From: Vicugna vicugna
Taxonomy: Eukaryota
NCBI GenBank assembly: GCA_013265495.1
Contig: MU058423.1
Coordinates: forward strand, 7,698,721 to 7,762,720
Length of the DNA: 64,000 nt
Direction of reading: 5' to 3'
Shown: one piece after another, positions 1 to 14,699 of the stretch
Layout: each line of letters opens with the position of its first letter
Position numbering within the stretch: the first letter of the stretch is position 1
Notes under the pieces: model-generated
Seen by the model: the letters and a program-made list of their open reading frames with translations, nothing else
Databases searched by the model: none
Told to the model about the DNA's origin: nothing
Made by a program: the position numbers and the translations under genes

Positions 1-104
1 GCCATATAGCATAATTATGGACTTGATACCTCATCATATTCACAGTTGCAGGTATTAGCATGGGAATCTTGGGACAGGCATTTTAAAATCCTGTCCATCA
101 CACT

Positions 105-2945
105 AACTCAGGAGGAAACAGATAACATGGATAGCCTTGTATCTGTTAAATACATTGAACTTGAGAGTCAAAATCCTTCTCCTAAGGAAAACACTAGACT
201 CAGGTGGCTCATCTGATAAATTCTGCCCAACTTTTAAGAAAGAAGCTGTACCAAATCTACAAAAACACTTCCAGAAAACTGAAGACGAGGAAATACTTCA
301 TTTCATTTTTTGAGCCCAGAAATTAAAACAAAAGACATTAAGAAAAAAGTAAAAAGTGACAACCTTCATGAAAATTGATGTAAAAAAAAAAAAGTTACAA
401 ATATAATTTTACCAGATGGAATTGAACAATATATAAGAAGGATAATATATACTAAGTGCAGTTTATCTTAGGAATATAAGATTGATTCAACACTTGAAAA
501 TTAATCAATGTAAATCACTCTCTTAACAAACTAAAAGAAAGTCCTTATGATTATCTCAATAGACACAGAAAAAGCATTCTATAAAATTCAACATCCATCC
601 CTGATTTTTAAAAGGTGAGAACAGAATAAAACTTCTTCAGTATTATAAAGGGAATCTAGGAAAATCCTAGAGCCAAAATCATATTTAATGATGAAAGATT
701 GAACTCTTTCCTCCTAAGATCAAGAGCAGGTAAATAATGTCTGATTTCTTTCCTTCTAAGCAATGTTGAACAACTTGTGAGTACCACCAAGCAAGAGAAA
801 AAGAAAACAGGTATCCGGACTGGAAAGGAACAATCAAAATTGTCTTTACTCCTAAATGACAATGATTGTTTATGTAAAAAAAATCCAATGGAATCTTCAA
901 AAAATTCTATCAGAACTCATAACTGAATATAGCAATGTTTCTGGATAAAATGTCAATAAAGAAACATTCATTTTATATGTAAGTACTAGTAATGAATAAT
1001 TGTACACTGAAAATTAGAAAAAAATAACACTTACAGTACCATCAAAAATATGAAATACTTAGAAATATATCTGGAAAATGATGTGAAAAAAATGTATATT
1101 GGCATTTACAAAATATTACTGAGAGATTTAAAGACCTAAATAAATTGAAAGATATATATCACTCATGTGTCAAAGATTCAGTAATACTAAGACTTTACTT
1201 CTTCCCAAATTTATCTATATATGAAATGCACCCCAAAGTCACAGCAGTCTATTTTGTAAAAATGTACAGATAGTTCTAAAATTCACACAGAAATACAAAG
1301 GATCTAAAATAGAGAAAAAAATTTTTAAAAAAAGTCAAAGGATTAATATCATCTGTTTTTAAGGCTTATTTTAAAGCTTCAGTACTTGAGATGGTATGGT
1401 ATATGGGCAAAGACAGACCAACAGAACAGAAAAGAATGGCTAGAAATAGATCCATACATATGTGGACAACCAATTGTTGACATAGGTATAAAGGTATTTC
1501 AGGGGAGAAAGAATAAAATCTTTGAAATAAATGGTGCTAGAATAACTGCATATCCACATACATACGTACACACCCACACACAGAGAAAGTTTAGAAAGAC
1601 CTGTGATTCATACCACATACCCTACTCAAAAATAAACTCAAAATGGTCCACAGACCTAAATACAAAATGATAAAGCCCCTAAAAGAAAATACAGAGGAAA
1701 TCTAAGTTAGGCAAAGACTTCTTAAACACAATACGAAAAGAATGGTCCTTAAAAGAACAAATGTACAAATTAAATGTTATCTAAACTTAAATAACTGCTT
1801 CGTTAAGGAAAAGAAAAGATAAGCTAAAGATCAGAAGAAAAATGTTTTAAACTTGTATCTGATAAAAAAAAGTATCTAGAATACACAAAGAATACTCAAA
1901 TCTCAATAATAAAATAATAGCCACCTCAATTAAAGACTGGGGAAAAGATATGGAAATTTCAGCACGGAATATATAGTTGCAAACAAGTTTATGAAAAGAC
2001 TTTCAATATTTAAATTGTATTTAAAAATTTAAATTTAAAACCATTTAAATTTAAAATGACAATGAGATTCCACTATACGTTTATTAAAATTGGTAAAATT
2101 TTAAATATCTGACCACACCAAGTGTTTCTGATAATATAAAGGAAATGTAATTTTCATATAGTACTGATAGAAACAGGAAAATGGCACAACCATTTTGGGA
2201 AACAGTTCTACAGTTTCTTAAAAAGTTAACCATAAACATATCAAATTACCAAGCCATCCCAGTCTTACGTATTGCTGCAAGAAATAAAAGCATACGTCCA
2301 CTGAATGACTTGTGCAGAAATGTTGACAGCTGCTTTACTGGTTAACAGACAAAAATCAGGTAACAATTCAAATGTCCATCAACAAGAGAATGGATAAACA
2401 AAGTGTTATATCCATACAATGGAACACTATTCAGCAATACAAAGGAATAAACTATTGATCTGTTACAACATGTATAAACTTCCAAGTAACTAAGCCAAGT
2501 GAAAGAATACAGACAGAAAAGAGTATACATTCTATGATTCCATTTATATAACATACCAAGATATGCACATTACTGTATAGTGAAGCTTATCAATGGTCGA
2601 GAAATTAAGGGGACTGAGAGGTGGCTGAAAGGAATTACAAAGGTACATGATAAAAATTTTGGAGGTGATGGATATGTTCATTATCTTGCTGTGACGATGG
2701 TGTCATGGGTATATACTTATCTCAAAACATCCAGTTGTAGTGGGGAGGGTATAGCTCAGTGGTGGAGTGCGTGCCTAGCATATACACGGGTTCAATCCCC
2801 AGTACCTCCATTAAATATAAATAAATAAATAAAAACCTAACTATCTCCTCCTCAAAAAAACAAACAAAAAAATCAAATTGTATACTTTAAACATGCGCAG
2901 TTTAATGTATGTCACTTATTCCTGCATAAAGCTATTTTAAAAAAT
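105..2945 (+). mobile_element. Ancient L1 (L1M-type) ORF2 and 3' UTR remnant
   Basis: Degenerate ORF2 motifs such as atctcaatagacacagaaaaagcattctataaaattcaacatcc ([19 protein letters not shown], ~553-598), with many stops and frameshifts. It ends in a typical L1M 3' terminus (ataaagctattttaaaaaa). A SINE interrupts it at 2742. Confidence 0.85.
2742..2872 (+). mobile_element. Camelid Vic-1-type tRNA-Ala-derived SINE, internally deleted
   Basis: ggggagggtatagctcagtggtggagtgcgtgcctagc...gggttcaatccccagtacctcc contains A and B boxes and is followed by an A-rich tail. The flanks are imperfect direct repeats (aaaacatccagttgta / aaaaaatcaaattgta). Confidence 0.88.
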
Positions 2946-3289
2946 TATTTTAAAATATATATACTACTATCTGATACAAACCATATTGCCAAAAAATAAA
3001 AACATAGGCAACTCTATAATAATAGAAATGTTTATATACTACTACTGGTCAATAAAATGTAAGTTCCAACAAGGGCATTGATTTTCTTTTGTTTGTTTTG
3101 TTCACTGATTAATTCCTAGGTCCTACTATTACTGCCTAGCGCATAATTTATGCTTAATAAATATTAATTTAATACTTCAATAAATGAACAGAGCATTTAT
3201 CAGCACATTGGACATTATGTCATTTAGATGACAGTACTTGCTGCACAAGAGCCAGCGATGTCACGTATCTGGCACTTGCACAGATACAC

Positions 3290-3790
3290 CAAGAGACACA
3301 CAGAAGCATTCACTAGCAGTACTGTAATAATAAAAACTGCACATGATACAAACGTCTAACACAGCTAAATGACAACTTGACAGCACATTCATGCAATAGA
3401 ATGCTGTAACTCAAATTAAAGGAATTATTACAGGACCATGCAGCAGTATGGCTGAATCGCAAATATACAGTATTAATGAGTGAAAAGGGCAGTAGCAAAA
3501 GAATATGTGCAGTACGATGCCAGCGATATAAAGTTTAAAAAAGTCCCTGATACATTGGTTTTACTATTAAAGTAGCAAAACAATGGTGAAAAAACAGATG
3601 TATAACAAGTCAAAATTCAGCTTTGTGATTACTCTTGGGGTAGAAAGGAATCGGATGTAAAGGAGAAAAAGCACAGACAGTTAAGTCTACGTAAGCGTAT
3701 GCACTTAGCTTCCACTTTCATTTGTTGTACCTCATTGATCTGCACTGTATTTATTATTTTGTACATGTCAAATATTCCATTAAAAGAAAG
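3290..3790 (+). mobile_element. Highly decayed L1ME-like 3' end fragment
   Basis: Weak resemblance to the L1 ORF2 C-terminus and 3' UTR (agcattcactagcagtactgtaataataaaaactg...). Confidence 0.5.
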
Positions 3791-5920
3791 TCCTTTTAAA
3801 CAATAACAAGGAAACAGGAAAACTGGGAGTTCTGCCTGTAACAGCCCCTAGAGTGAGAATGTGGGTGGCTGTGTTCTGGGGTGTGGGAGTCGAGTGGGGG
3901 GGTGTTGAAGAGCTAAACTGAGGGGGCTTTAATTGCTCTGCCAACACTCACATTAACTACTCTCTTTTTCCCAAGATGTTTCTTGGATGTTTAAAAGAAC
4001 ATTCTGTTTTGTTTATGTTTTCCTGAGGGTAATCATCAGGCTCCTTTGCTCCGGGGGCCAGGGATATGTGAGAGGAATAGGAAGCAGGCTTTCCTCCATA
4101 CAGATCTTTAATTAATCCCTTTGTATTCGCTCACTGCTGGAGTTTCAACAGGCAGGAGAGCTCACTCAGTCAACCCGAGCTGTTCCTCGTTCCCTCTCTT
4201 GAAGGCTGTAGTTTTCTCTCCCGTGTTTTTTGCCATTAACACTCTTTTATCTAACTCTTTTCTTGCACAATTTTATTGAAACGTCATTTCCTTTGTTATC
4301 CCTGCTCCTCTTACTTTATACAACATCCTTAAAAAACTCATATCCTATATATTTAAAAGAATCGCTAGTGAGAAAAGCAATAAACAGATATGTTCAGTCT
4401 GCCATCTTTAACTGGATGTCTGCATTTATTTTCCAATGTAAACAAATACACACAAGAAAAAAATACCAAATATCAACAGACGTAGTGTTCTGAATAATTA
4501 GCTGTTTTGAATTATTTCCTTTTTCTCTTCACTAGACGAGTGAAAAATTGACCATATAAAGCAGCCATTTTTAGCTATTGCAGTTTATCATAAAAGAAAA
4601 GACACTAAGATCATGTTATTCTAGTTTCTTACATTGATGATTCAAATAATTCATTTCTTGATTTTGCATGAAGAATATGTGTCTGACTAAGGACGCATGT
4701 GAGAAAATCTTGATCTTTATCAACTGAGGGAGAGCGACAAAATACATAAACCACCTAATAGCTTAAGCTTTCTCAATGACCAGAACATCTTCCAGCTGAC
4801 AAAGAGATGACACTCTAGATTCATCTTCAGTAAAGCACCTACATTTTGGCCAAGTTGCTTTGGATCTGAGCACTCAGAAAATCTCACAGTTAAGTAAGTT
4901 ATACCAAAGCAAGAATTGGATGGGCACCACGCCATAAAAAGAAGTAAAAACATGTAGTGGAGATGGTGTTCAATTAAAGACATGATTCTCTTTATTTTCT
5001 AAATTAATTGTAAACCTTTCATTAATGCATGTTCTTATATAAAATTGAGGTCTAATCAAATGATTCATCTCCCTGGGAACTGTGTGACCAATAATAAAAG
5101 TATCTTTCTTTTTAAATTTTGAATTCAAATTAAAATAGTACTCTTGTGTATAATCTCCTGAATGCCAGAAGTCTCCTTAAGAGTCGTGCCAGCAGAATGA
5201 CACAATGCCATTGTATTTATTAAAACGCATGTTTTGAGATATAGGAACTGAATTCAAGTTCTGAGTTTAACTTTGAGATATAAAACCAGAATTCAAAATC
5301 AAGTTCTTAACTCAGGATGTGTTACAGGTTCATTTTTATAGCTGTATCACAATTAAGTCACTTGAACTCTCTATTTTAATTTCATCATCAATATAATAAT
5401 AGTTCCTTAAAGAGAAAACATACTAACTTGGATTGTTGTGAGAATCAAATTAGACAACATGTAGAAAAGTAGTGTACAAACTTAATGTTATATATATAAT
5501 ATGATACATTGCTTGATACATGTTTTTTCATTCTAATGGAAAATTCTGGATTGTTTGTATATTATGAGGGTTGATTAATTATATAGTAACTAATAAAATT
5601 ATGATACTCTGTAATATTTTTTTGGTAATTCTCTAATACTTCAAAGTTTACACCACACTTTTACATTCATGCAATCTTCCCATTCTTTCGCAATTTTTCT
5701 GCATCTACCTAGGGTCCTCACTATTTCTTCTCTCACCACAACAAATAATAATAGTAACTATGTGGATTAATTTATCTTTAAGGCCTTCTTATAATCTCTA
5801 CATTTTATGATTTAGCTTCAGAAAATGTAAGTTTATTTCATATAAACTCTCCTGAAGGTAATGTAGAGGTCCAAATAAATAGCCTGCAATGAAGTGGGCA
5901 ACTAGTTTCTATAAAAAAAC

Positions 5921-6480
5921 TGCATTAGTTTTCTGATACAGTAACAAACTATCACAAAATTAATAATTTTAAAAATATAAACTTATTATCTCACAGTACT
6001 TTAGGTCGAAAGTTCCAAAGGGTCTCACTGGGCTCAAGTCAAGGTACAGGCAGGGCTGTAATCCTTGATGGAGGCTCTGGTGAATCCACTTCTGAACTCG
6101 TGCAGATTGTTGGCAGAATTTAGTTCCATGCAGCTATAGAACTGAGGTCCCTGTTTGCTTGCTGGTTGCAGGCTGGGTCATTCTCAGCTTCTAGACACTG
6201 TGTCCTTGGCTCCTGGCCCCCTTCATCCTCGAAACCAGCAACTGCGGGTTGAGTCCTTCTCGTACCTCATCTCTCCTACCTTCCATTCTTCACCAAATCT
6301 CTCTCTGACTCTTCTGCCTTCTTCTTTCATTTTTAAAAGCTCATGTAATAACCCAGGATAATCGCTCTAATTTAAAGTCAGTTTATCAGAACCTTAATTC
6401 CATCTGCCAAGTCTCTTTTACCATATATCATAAGATATTCACAGGCATTTAACATAAGTGGGTGAAGATTATGGCTTATG
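5921..6480 (-). mobile_element. MaLR LTR (MLT1 family)
   Basis: Typical MLT1 reverse-strand text: gtaacaaactatcacaaa...ttattatctcacagt...gggtctcactgggctcaagtcaagg...aactgaggtccctg. Confidence 0.8.
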
Positions 6481-8762
6481 TTAGCCAAAAATGAGACAAC
6501 CTAACAGATAAATAACCATTTAGAAGATAGAAAAATATACAAGAAATTTTTAATATTCTACAAAATATTCGTATGAATACTTTTTTATGTACTCTGATTA
6601 TAAGGAGATATTTGTTCAAGAAAATTTGAAATATGGCAATTTTGAAAGACCAATCAATACAATTTTGTTATTCTTGAGATGTGGTAAAACAAAACATTTC
6701 AACATAATATAAGTCTTTGTAGTCTACCTTTTTCAGACCTAACATTCCACTCTTTTGGCTAACTTCTCCCCACACACATATAACATTCTGCTGGCATGAC
6801 TTTTTATAACAAACAGCCTTTTTTTTCCACCTCATAATGCCCTTAAAATGTCTGGTTTCTTTTTTCATTACCTACAATACCACCATGGATTGCCCTCTAC
6901 TGTCAGTCTCTCTACCTGTTTAGTTGTTCTTGTCCTGCAAGGTCCTATTCATATTAATAACACAGGTTTTGTCACCTCTGAATGCCTAACCCTATGTCCA
7001 TCATTCATTTGACAAATGTATACTACATTACTTTCAGTGTACTTGTGGCTTCTGGAAGACAATGTTTTCAGCTTCTGCATATTCACTACTAAGCCATCAT
7101 TTACAATAAAATTGCATGGGCTTATTTATTGAACACAGACTTTACAATTTAATTGAAAATTGAAATTACAATATTATTGAATTTAGTCTTATGCTATAAA
7201 TTAAATAAAATTATAATAGGGATTGGTAGTTCTCTGTTGTTTCTTTGTAATGCTATAGAACAAAAGCACCAGTTTTCAATGTAATCATGGGAGAGACACT
7301 TTAAGGTAATGATATTATACTGTTGCTTTAATCTGAGAAATATGAATACATAATGCTTTGTGGAACTTCTTAATATAACAGAAATACAATAAAAAAATCA
7401 AAATAGTCTTCTAGGGAATAAAAATGTATTTTGTAAGAGGTTTACAATTTGCATATGCATCTGTTTTAACTCTAGCTTTACTAAATATCTGAAGAATTGA
7501 AGAACTGAAACATTTTTCTCTTCCTTGTAGCAAAGGCTTTTACCAGGTTGCACACAAGCCATTTTTTCTGAGTTATCTCGTAATGTGAAAGATTATTTGA
7601 ACAAGCTATGGAGTAAATCTATAAATTAAATTTACAAATCTATAAATTACGTTTACAAATGTAACAGAATAAAAAGAAAATGAGAGGTGCAAGATTTTAT
7701 ATTGCACCAGAACTTTGGTTAGACATAACCAAAGTGCTTCCCTTTAAGAATTTACAAGTGTGTTTTGAAACTAAACTGATACAGTCATTAAATGTTTTGT
7801 TAATTTGGAAGCAGAACGTTAGGCATAAATAGTTATAAAGGATGAGATTATCCAGTCATAGTGTTTTAACAGTGACAATTGACAAACCAACTGAATTTTT
7901 GAAAGATTTGTCTTGAATAAGCTAATAGTCGAAGCTCTTGTAGTATTGTTTGCCACTATGGCTTATTGGTCATATAAACAAATGCTAATTTAAAAAGAAA
8001 AACAAAGAATAAACTATCGACTTGATTAAAATTATTTCCAAGGCAGTATCAGCACACATTTACTACTGCCTGATACTAGTATTAAAACATTAACACATTT
8101 CAAATAGCTCTGTATCACAATTACTTTATATGCTGATTTATTATCATTACTCACAGAGTACATACATAATTTGTCAGTAGATACAGGTTTACCCCAATAA
8201 ACTGATCGGCTACATTTTTTCCTTTGTGTTAGGTTTTTTGTTGTTATAACGAGAGATCAGTGAAAAGAAACCACTGATAGTGATCAAGAGTTTCATTTAA
8301 GGCTTTGAAAATATTAGAAAAAAATAATTTAAAAGAGATGTAATTTTAGATAGCAAACATAAAAATGTATATAGGAAAATAAATGGATCAGAAACATTTC
8401 CATTCCTTTGGATACTGGAATAGCATCAGCTGGTAGTGCACTTGATTTTGCCCTTTTTTCCTTGCTTTGCTTCTTTTTCTGGTTTTTCTTCTTTAAGTAA
8501 TCTTATGGACAAAGTGATGTTTACTTACTCAACATGCTTCATTCAATATAATCATTATTATTTGAATTCCTCTAATTGCTCTGAATTTGGCCAGTGAAAG
8601 CCTCTTTATATGGGATCCTATGTCCCTTTGACATGACCCTATTAGTCTGAAAAATTTCTTCTTACTAATACAAGATATTCTTGGCTCTCTTTGTGTATTC
8701 TCTACCCAAGACTTGTGAATCAGTGATTATTTCAAGGAGCCCACATTTTTTTAAGTGGAGAC

Positions 8763-8804
8763 TATATATATATGTGTGTGTATATATATACACACACACA
8801 TACA
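8763..8804. repeat. Compound (TA)n(TG)n(TA)n(CA)n microsatellite with a 26-bp perfect palindrome
   Basis: tgtgtgtgtatatatatacacacaca at 8773-8798 equals its own reverse complement. Confidence 0.9.
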
Positions 8805-9299
8805 GTATCCATATGAAGGTATATATATGAATGAAATCTATTTCTGACTTTCTAAAATGTTAATGCTGTTTAGAACAAAACGGGAGGAGAGACTGTTATT
8901 TCTATTATCCTAACTCATTTTCAGGAAGACTCAATAAGAATCTGCCAGTAGGGTCCTGACAGAGCCTAGAAGTTAGCAGTCAAAGGAGACATCAGATCAT
9001 GAAACCACTGAGAAACCAAAAGTCTAGAATGTATAGTGATTATATGGGTCAAATAGAAGGATATCTTGAAGGCTACCAAAACCCAGAAGTATCCAAATAT
9101 CAAAGAAAAAAGCAAGGCAGATAGCTAAAGACAGAGAGTGTTGGGAAGGAGCCAGGAAGGGTCAAAACAACTCAGGCATCTGTAAGGCACCAGTACCAAG
9201 ATCTAGAGTTTGAACTTAATTCTTTCCTGAAAATATCTTACTTGTATGCATCCTGCTGAGGTAAGGTTACATCTTTGGGTTGGCAGTCATCATATCATA

Positions 9300-10530
9300 A
9301 GAGAAAAATAATCATCTAGACAAAAGAAGTAATAACTAAAAATTTGCAGTCTTTGAAATCTCCTTAAAAGGTACAAGCTGATTCACAAGTAAACCAATTA
9401 ACTGCCTGAACAAAATTAAACACTGTTTATAGGAAGGCCACAAAAAGCAGACACTCAAGAACATACATGTACAATGTCCAACACCTAATAAAAAACTATG
9501 TCATGTGAGGAAGTAGAATATTGTGACTCGTAACTAGGAGAAAAATTCATATAAACAGACTAAAAAATGGTAAAGATATAATTAAATTAGTAGTCAAGGA
9601 CCTTAAAAGTGCTATTTGAACATATTCAACTCCTTAGAGAAAGCATAAACAAAATGATAAAAGACTTGTAGGCTCTAAGTGTGGAAATTTCAGAGGCAAA
9701 AATATGCAATAATTTGAATAAAATATCACTGGCTGGGCTTCTCAGAAAATTAGGCAAGGATATAAAAGTATTAGTGAAGTTGGAGACAGGGAACAGAATC
9801 ACGAAAACTAAAGCAGAGAGAAAACAGACTTGAAAAAATAAACAGATATTTAGTGTCCTGTGGAGTATTATCAAGCAGTCTAACATATGTGTAATTGGAG
9901 ACACTGTAAAAGACTAAGAGGAAAGAGATAGGATAGGGAGAAACAGATAAGAAATAACACAAATTTATTATCAAAATGCTATTCAGAAAACAATGTAACA
10001 ACATTTTTAAGTGCTGAAGGAAAAAACAAAGATTGTCAACCTAAGCGATATATCTAAAAAGATATCCATGAAAAATATAGACTATTCAAATTTTCAGATA
10101 AACAAAAGCTGAGTGAATTTTGTGCCATCAGACATGAAATGTCTACATGAAATGTCAAAGGAAATTACTCAGGCTGAATGAAGAGTTTCCAAAATGGTAA
10201 ATATGTGGATGAATAATATTATTCTATAGTTAATAGAATAATAGAATAATTCTATTCTATTCCATATACTACATTAATATATAGTTTACTATTTAAAGCA
10301 ACACTAATAACACATTGACACTTTATAACTTATACAGGAAAAAATCATGATAATAATAGCACAAAAAGGGGGAAATGGAAGTATACAATTATTTAATTAT
10401 ATATATAATTATATACAATGCTATAATACCTTGTAAAAGATGTCATAAAGAGATACACACACACACACACACATACAGTTAACACTAGCAACCATTAAAC
10501 CATAAAGCAAAAAAGTATAGCTGTCAATAG
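9300..10530 (+). mobile_element. Ancient L1M 5' region / ORF1 remnant
   Basis: A-rich ORF1-like text such as atcaagcagtctaacatatgtgtaattggag and ttttcagataaacaaaagctgagtgaattt. No intact frame. Confidence 0.7.
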
Positions 10531-11224
10531 ATGCATTGTTTCTCACCCCTTTTCATTTTATTTCTAAGTTCCTTGTATCTGGAATTAACTTTCCTGCTGC
10601 TTTATTTTTCCTCACCACTTCTGTATGTCTGATCCTTCCTTGGAATTTTTCAGTTATTTTATTATATGTGAAATATTTCACGTATCATGTCCCCAACCCA
10701 CAGCTATGTGCCCCACTATACTTTGGGTACACACCTATCTTAGGGAATACAACATTATTGCAAGAATTTTCTTTGATGAGCTAGACACTAAAATAGATAC
10801 TGGGAATGTGGCACTGAACAAGTTAGGAAGAATTTCTGTTCTCATAAAGCTTTTATTCTATGAATGAAGATACATATTAAATGAGTGATGATTATAGTTA
10901 AAGATTTACAATACAGCTAGTTTTTACTTATCTTTGTTTCTCTATTGTCTAGTTCATTCTGAATCACAGAGAGCACTCAATAAATAATTGTTGACTGGAT
11001 AAAAGAATGTAGTCATGATATAAATGCTGTTATCTGTTAACTGATAATGTCTTCTCTGATGTCTCCAGGAAATAAAAGCTTCCATAGCTCTCTGTTCATG
11101 CCACTTCTTACCATCACATTGGTAACTTTTCCTATTAAATAACTGTGGGCTACAGAAGGGCAAGTTCCGTATATTCTCTATGAATAATCTGACTGTCTCT
11201 AAATTAATAAAACTTTTAAGGTCT

Positions 11225-13950
11225 CCCTTTCTTTAATTGTTTGAATTGCTTTGACTGATTTTTTCAAGTGTATAATCATCCTTGCTTTACCAAAATAAAT
11301 TCCACTTGTTCATGAGGTGTTACGCTCTCTGTCTGATGTTGGATTCCATTATGAGTTAGGAATTTTCTTCTGTATTTTATATGCTAAGGAAGACTTTGTG
11401 TTAAGACTGGTGTTACTGCTTTCTTAAATACTTGGAAGAATTCTATGGAGAAGACATCTGGACTTGGAATTTCCTTTAGTACACGTTTTTAATAAGACAT
11501 TCAGCTTCTTTAACAGATATGAGACTAATCATATTTCTTATTTCATGTTCTGTAAGTTTTAGAAAACCTTGGTTTTTAAAAAAAGTGTTCATTTCACTTA
11601 AACTGTAAAATTTATTGGCATAACATTATTCATATCACCTCCTAATTAGTATTTTAATGATTGTAGAAACTGTTTTATAGTTACCTTCCTATTTCTAATC
11701 TTGAAAATGTTTGCTTTTTCTTTTTTCTTAACCAGGCTTAAAGAGTTTATAAATTCATTACTCATTTCAAAGAACATAATTTAGGCGTCTATCTATTCTT
11801 TATTAGACATTCATTCTCTATGCCATTGATTTATGCTCTCCTTTATTATTTTATTCTATTTCCTTTGCATTTGACTTACCGTGCTTTTTCTAGATTTGGA
11901 AAATGGAAATGTATCATTTGTGTTAGCCCTTTTTTCTTTAATGTGTGCATTTGATTCTTGTGAATGTTTTAGCTATGTGCCATAAATTGGATATATATCT
12001 TCACTGCCATTAGGCTCAAAATATTTTCATTGTTCATTGTTATACTTTTTGAGCCACAGATTATTTAGAAGTGTAGTGTTTATTTTTCAAGAAGTCAGGC
12101 ACACTCTGTTATTGACTTCTAGGTCGTTCAAGTAATGCCAGAGAATATACTCTGACCTACTGAGAACTTTTCTATGACTCAGAATATAATCAATTTTGGT
12201 AAAAGTTACACATGCATTTGAAAATAATATAGTTTTTGTTATTGATGGATTCATCTTCCAACTATGTGTTAGGTCAGTTTTTAAGTTTTGCTGTTTAGAT
12301 TTTGTCATTTTATTGTGTCAGCACTTGATAAAGCCCTTCAACTCTCCCATTCTTATGATGATTTTGTCTACTTCTGCTTTTAATTCTGTCAGTTTTTTCT
12401 TTATTTACTTAGAACTATGTTACTGAATGATATAGATTGAGAAGTGTCCTATCTTCCTGATGGACTGAATGTTTAATGAATAAAAACAAACTTGTAAATT
12501 TGCAGTGATGCATCTTAGTATTTGCTTTGTCTGACAGCAATATGTCTACAAGAGCCTAGCAGTTCAGGTTTGAACAGTAAATTATTTATCTTTTGACTTT
12601 CAACCTTATGAGTTTTTTTTTTCTGAGCATGGAGTTGTAGTTTGATCTGAATTATCTTTTAACATTTTAAAGATGTCATTTTACTGTCATATGGCTTCTA
12701 CCTTTAGTGATGAGAAATACTGTTGTTCCTTTGAAAACAGGCCCCGCCCGCTTTGGCTAGTTTTAGGATTCCTATTTGTCTTTAATTTTCAGCAGTTTTA
12801 TTATGATGTGCTTTATATTCACTGAGCTTTTTGAATGTGTTGGTTGATATTTTCCTCCAGTTTTATATAATTTTTATCATTGTTTCATATATTACATTTA
12901 CTGTAACATTTTTCTTTCTGATCCTTCTGGGACTCTAGTGACATATATGTCAGGGATTCCAAATACATGTGTGGTTTACTGTGTCCCACATGTGTCTTAC
13001 AATCTCTTTTTTTCCTTCATTTTTTTTATTTTTGCTTTTTTCTACCCTAGAAATTATATTTTCTAATTAACTAACATGATTTCTGCTGTTTCCAATCTGC
13101 TGTGAATATTAATTAACAATATCATAATTTTGGATATTGCAATTTTACAGTTTGAGAATGTCCATTTAATTTTTTTAAACATTATATTTTATTGTTGAAA
13201 TACTGTATCTTTAATTCATTTTGTCAGTCTTTTTTTCACCATTTTAACATATTTATAAAAGTTATTTTAAAGTCCCTTTCTGCTATTTCTATATCTTAAT
13301 CATATGAATCTGTTTCTTTTATCCATTCTTTCTCTTGCCATGCCTTATAATTCAGACTGAATGCCAGAAATAGTACATACAGACTCTAGAGATTCTGTGT
13401 GATGTTGTTTTCCATCAGAGTGGGTTCACTCTTTCTTCTTCTATGCAAGTAAGTTAATAGATGGGTTCCATCTTAATATAGAGACTAAGCTGAGTTGAGT
13501 CCAGGCTACAACTTCTAAAACTAACTGTACTTTTATATTTTCCGTCTTCTTAGATGACATCCTTCATGTTTCCAACTGATGTTTTCAGTAGGTTCCTGAA
13601 TCCTGACACATCTTTGTCTCCTAAACATAATTAGACTGCAGGTAATTCCATTCTGCTTTCCAGAAGTTCAGCTTATCTGATTGTCCCACCACTCTGCTTC
13701 AGAATCAGGCAAATGTCTGCCAGGGGAAACCAGCTGTTCACTGACTCTACTTAGACCTCCTATTTTGTCACCTCAATTCCATACAACTGCCAAAAGTTCG
13801 GTTCTAGCAGCACATGTGTCTAAGCCCAAATTCTTAATACTCACCATTGGCAAATGCCCACAAGGGAAAAGAGTTCTAGATTGTGAACTACTCTATAAAT
13901 GCAACTCTCAGATACATTCAGACAGAATTTTTTTTGTATTTTTAAGCATT
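11225..13950 (-). mobile_element. Ancient L1M remnant (ORF2 N-terminal part, ORF1 and 5' region), fragmented
   Basis: T-rich antisense L1 text. The minus-strand ORF 12087-12308 contains TFTKIDYILSH, which resembles the L1 endonuclease motif TFSRIDHIL. Confidence 0.75.
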
Positions 13951-14154
13951 TTAAAGTTTCATCAGTGGGAGTATTTTTCTACTACAAATAACCTCATCCT
14001 CACCAAAAAACTGTTCCTTAATATGAAAACAAAAATCACTCAAACTGTAGTCCAACAAAGTCCTGCTCTTTTGGCTCAATTTCTATCTTCTGTTGTTAGC
14101 TATCCATGATCCTCCCTGCTGTTTTCTCTGGTTGATTTTTGCCCAAAACATTAA

Positions 14155-14182
<28 letters not shown>
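14155..14182. repeat. (AC)14 microsatellite
   Basis: Direct reading. Confidence 0.95.
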
Positions 14183-14185
<3 letters not shown>

Positions 14186-14699
14186 CTTTTCACTACCAAA
14201 GCCTCACTAACAAAGCTGGGTTGTATTAATATTCAGTTTACTAATGTTTCAGTCATAATAAGATGAAACTATAACGCTTAATTTATTCTACTATGTAAAA
14301 CAGTATAGCTTTCAACATCCCCCATCACAGACTAACCTGGACTTTCCCTTTCTTAGTCAAAAGGCTCAATTATATCTCAAAGAAAAAGATAGGTTTCCTC
14401 ATGTTGTGTTCTTTGAACAATTAGTCAGCTAGAGGCCAATTTTTTTTAAAAAAAAGGATTTTTGAAGATATCTGTATATTAGCTCAGAGAAGAGTAAATA
14501 ATATGTAATTGTAAAGGCTCTGTCTGAGATATGGTAAATGTCTGGCAATATTAAGGGATAAATCATATATTTTTATCAAATATAGTTTTTACTCACCAAA
14601 CAAAAATAGTGTATTTATTTGTTTCTATACCCAATGATCTTTAAATTGTAAAAACTGGGCAATGATAAATTTACACAAATCTATTCCTCTTGAGTACAT

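Noticed and set aside
13681..14109. 142-aa ORF
   Set aside because: It has a TTG start, overlaps a decayed L1 5' region and shows no protein-like features.
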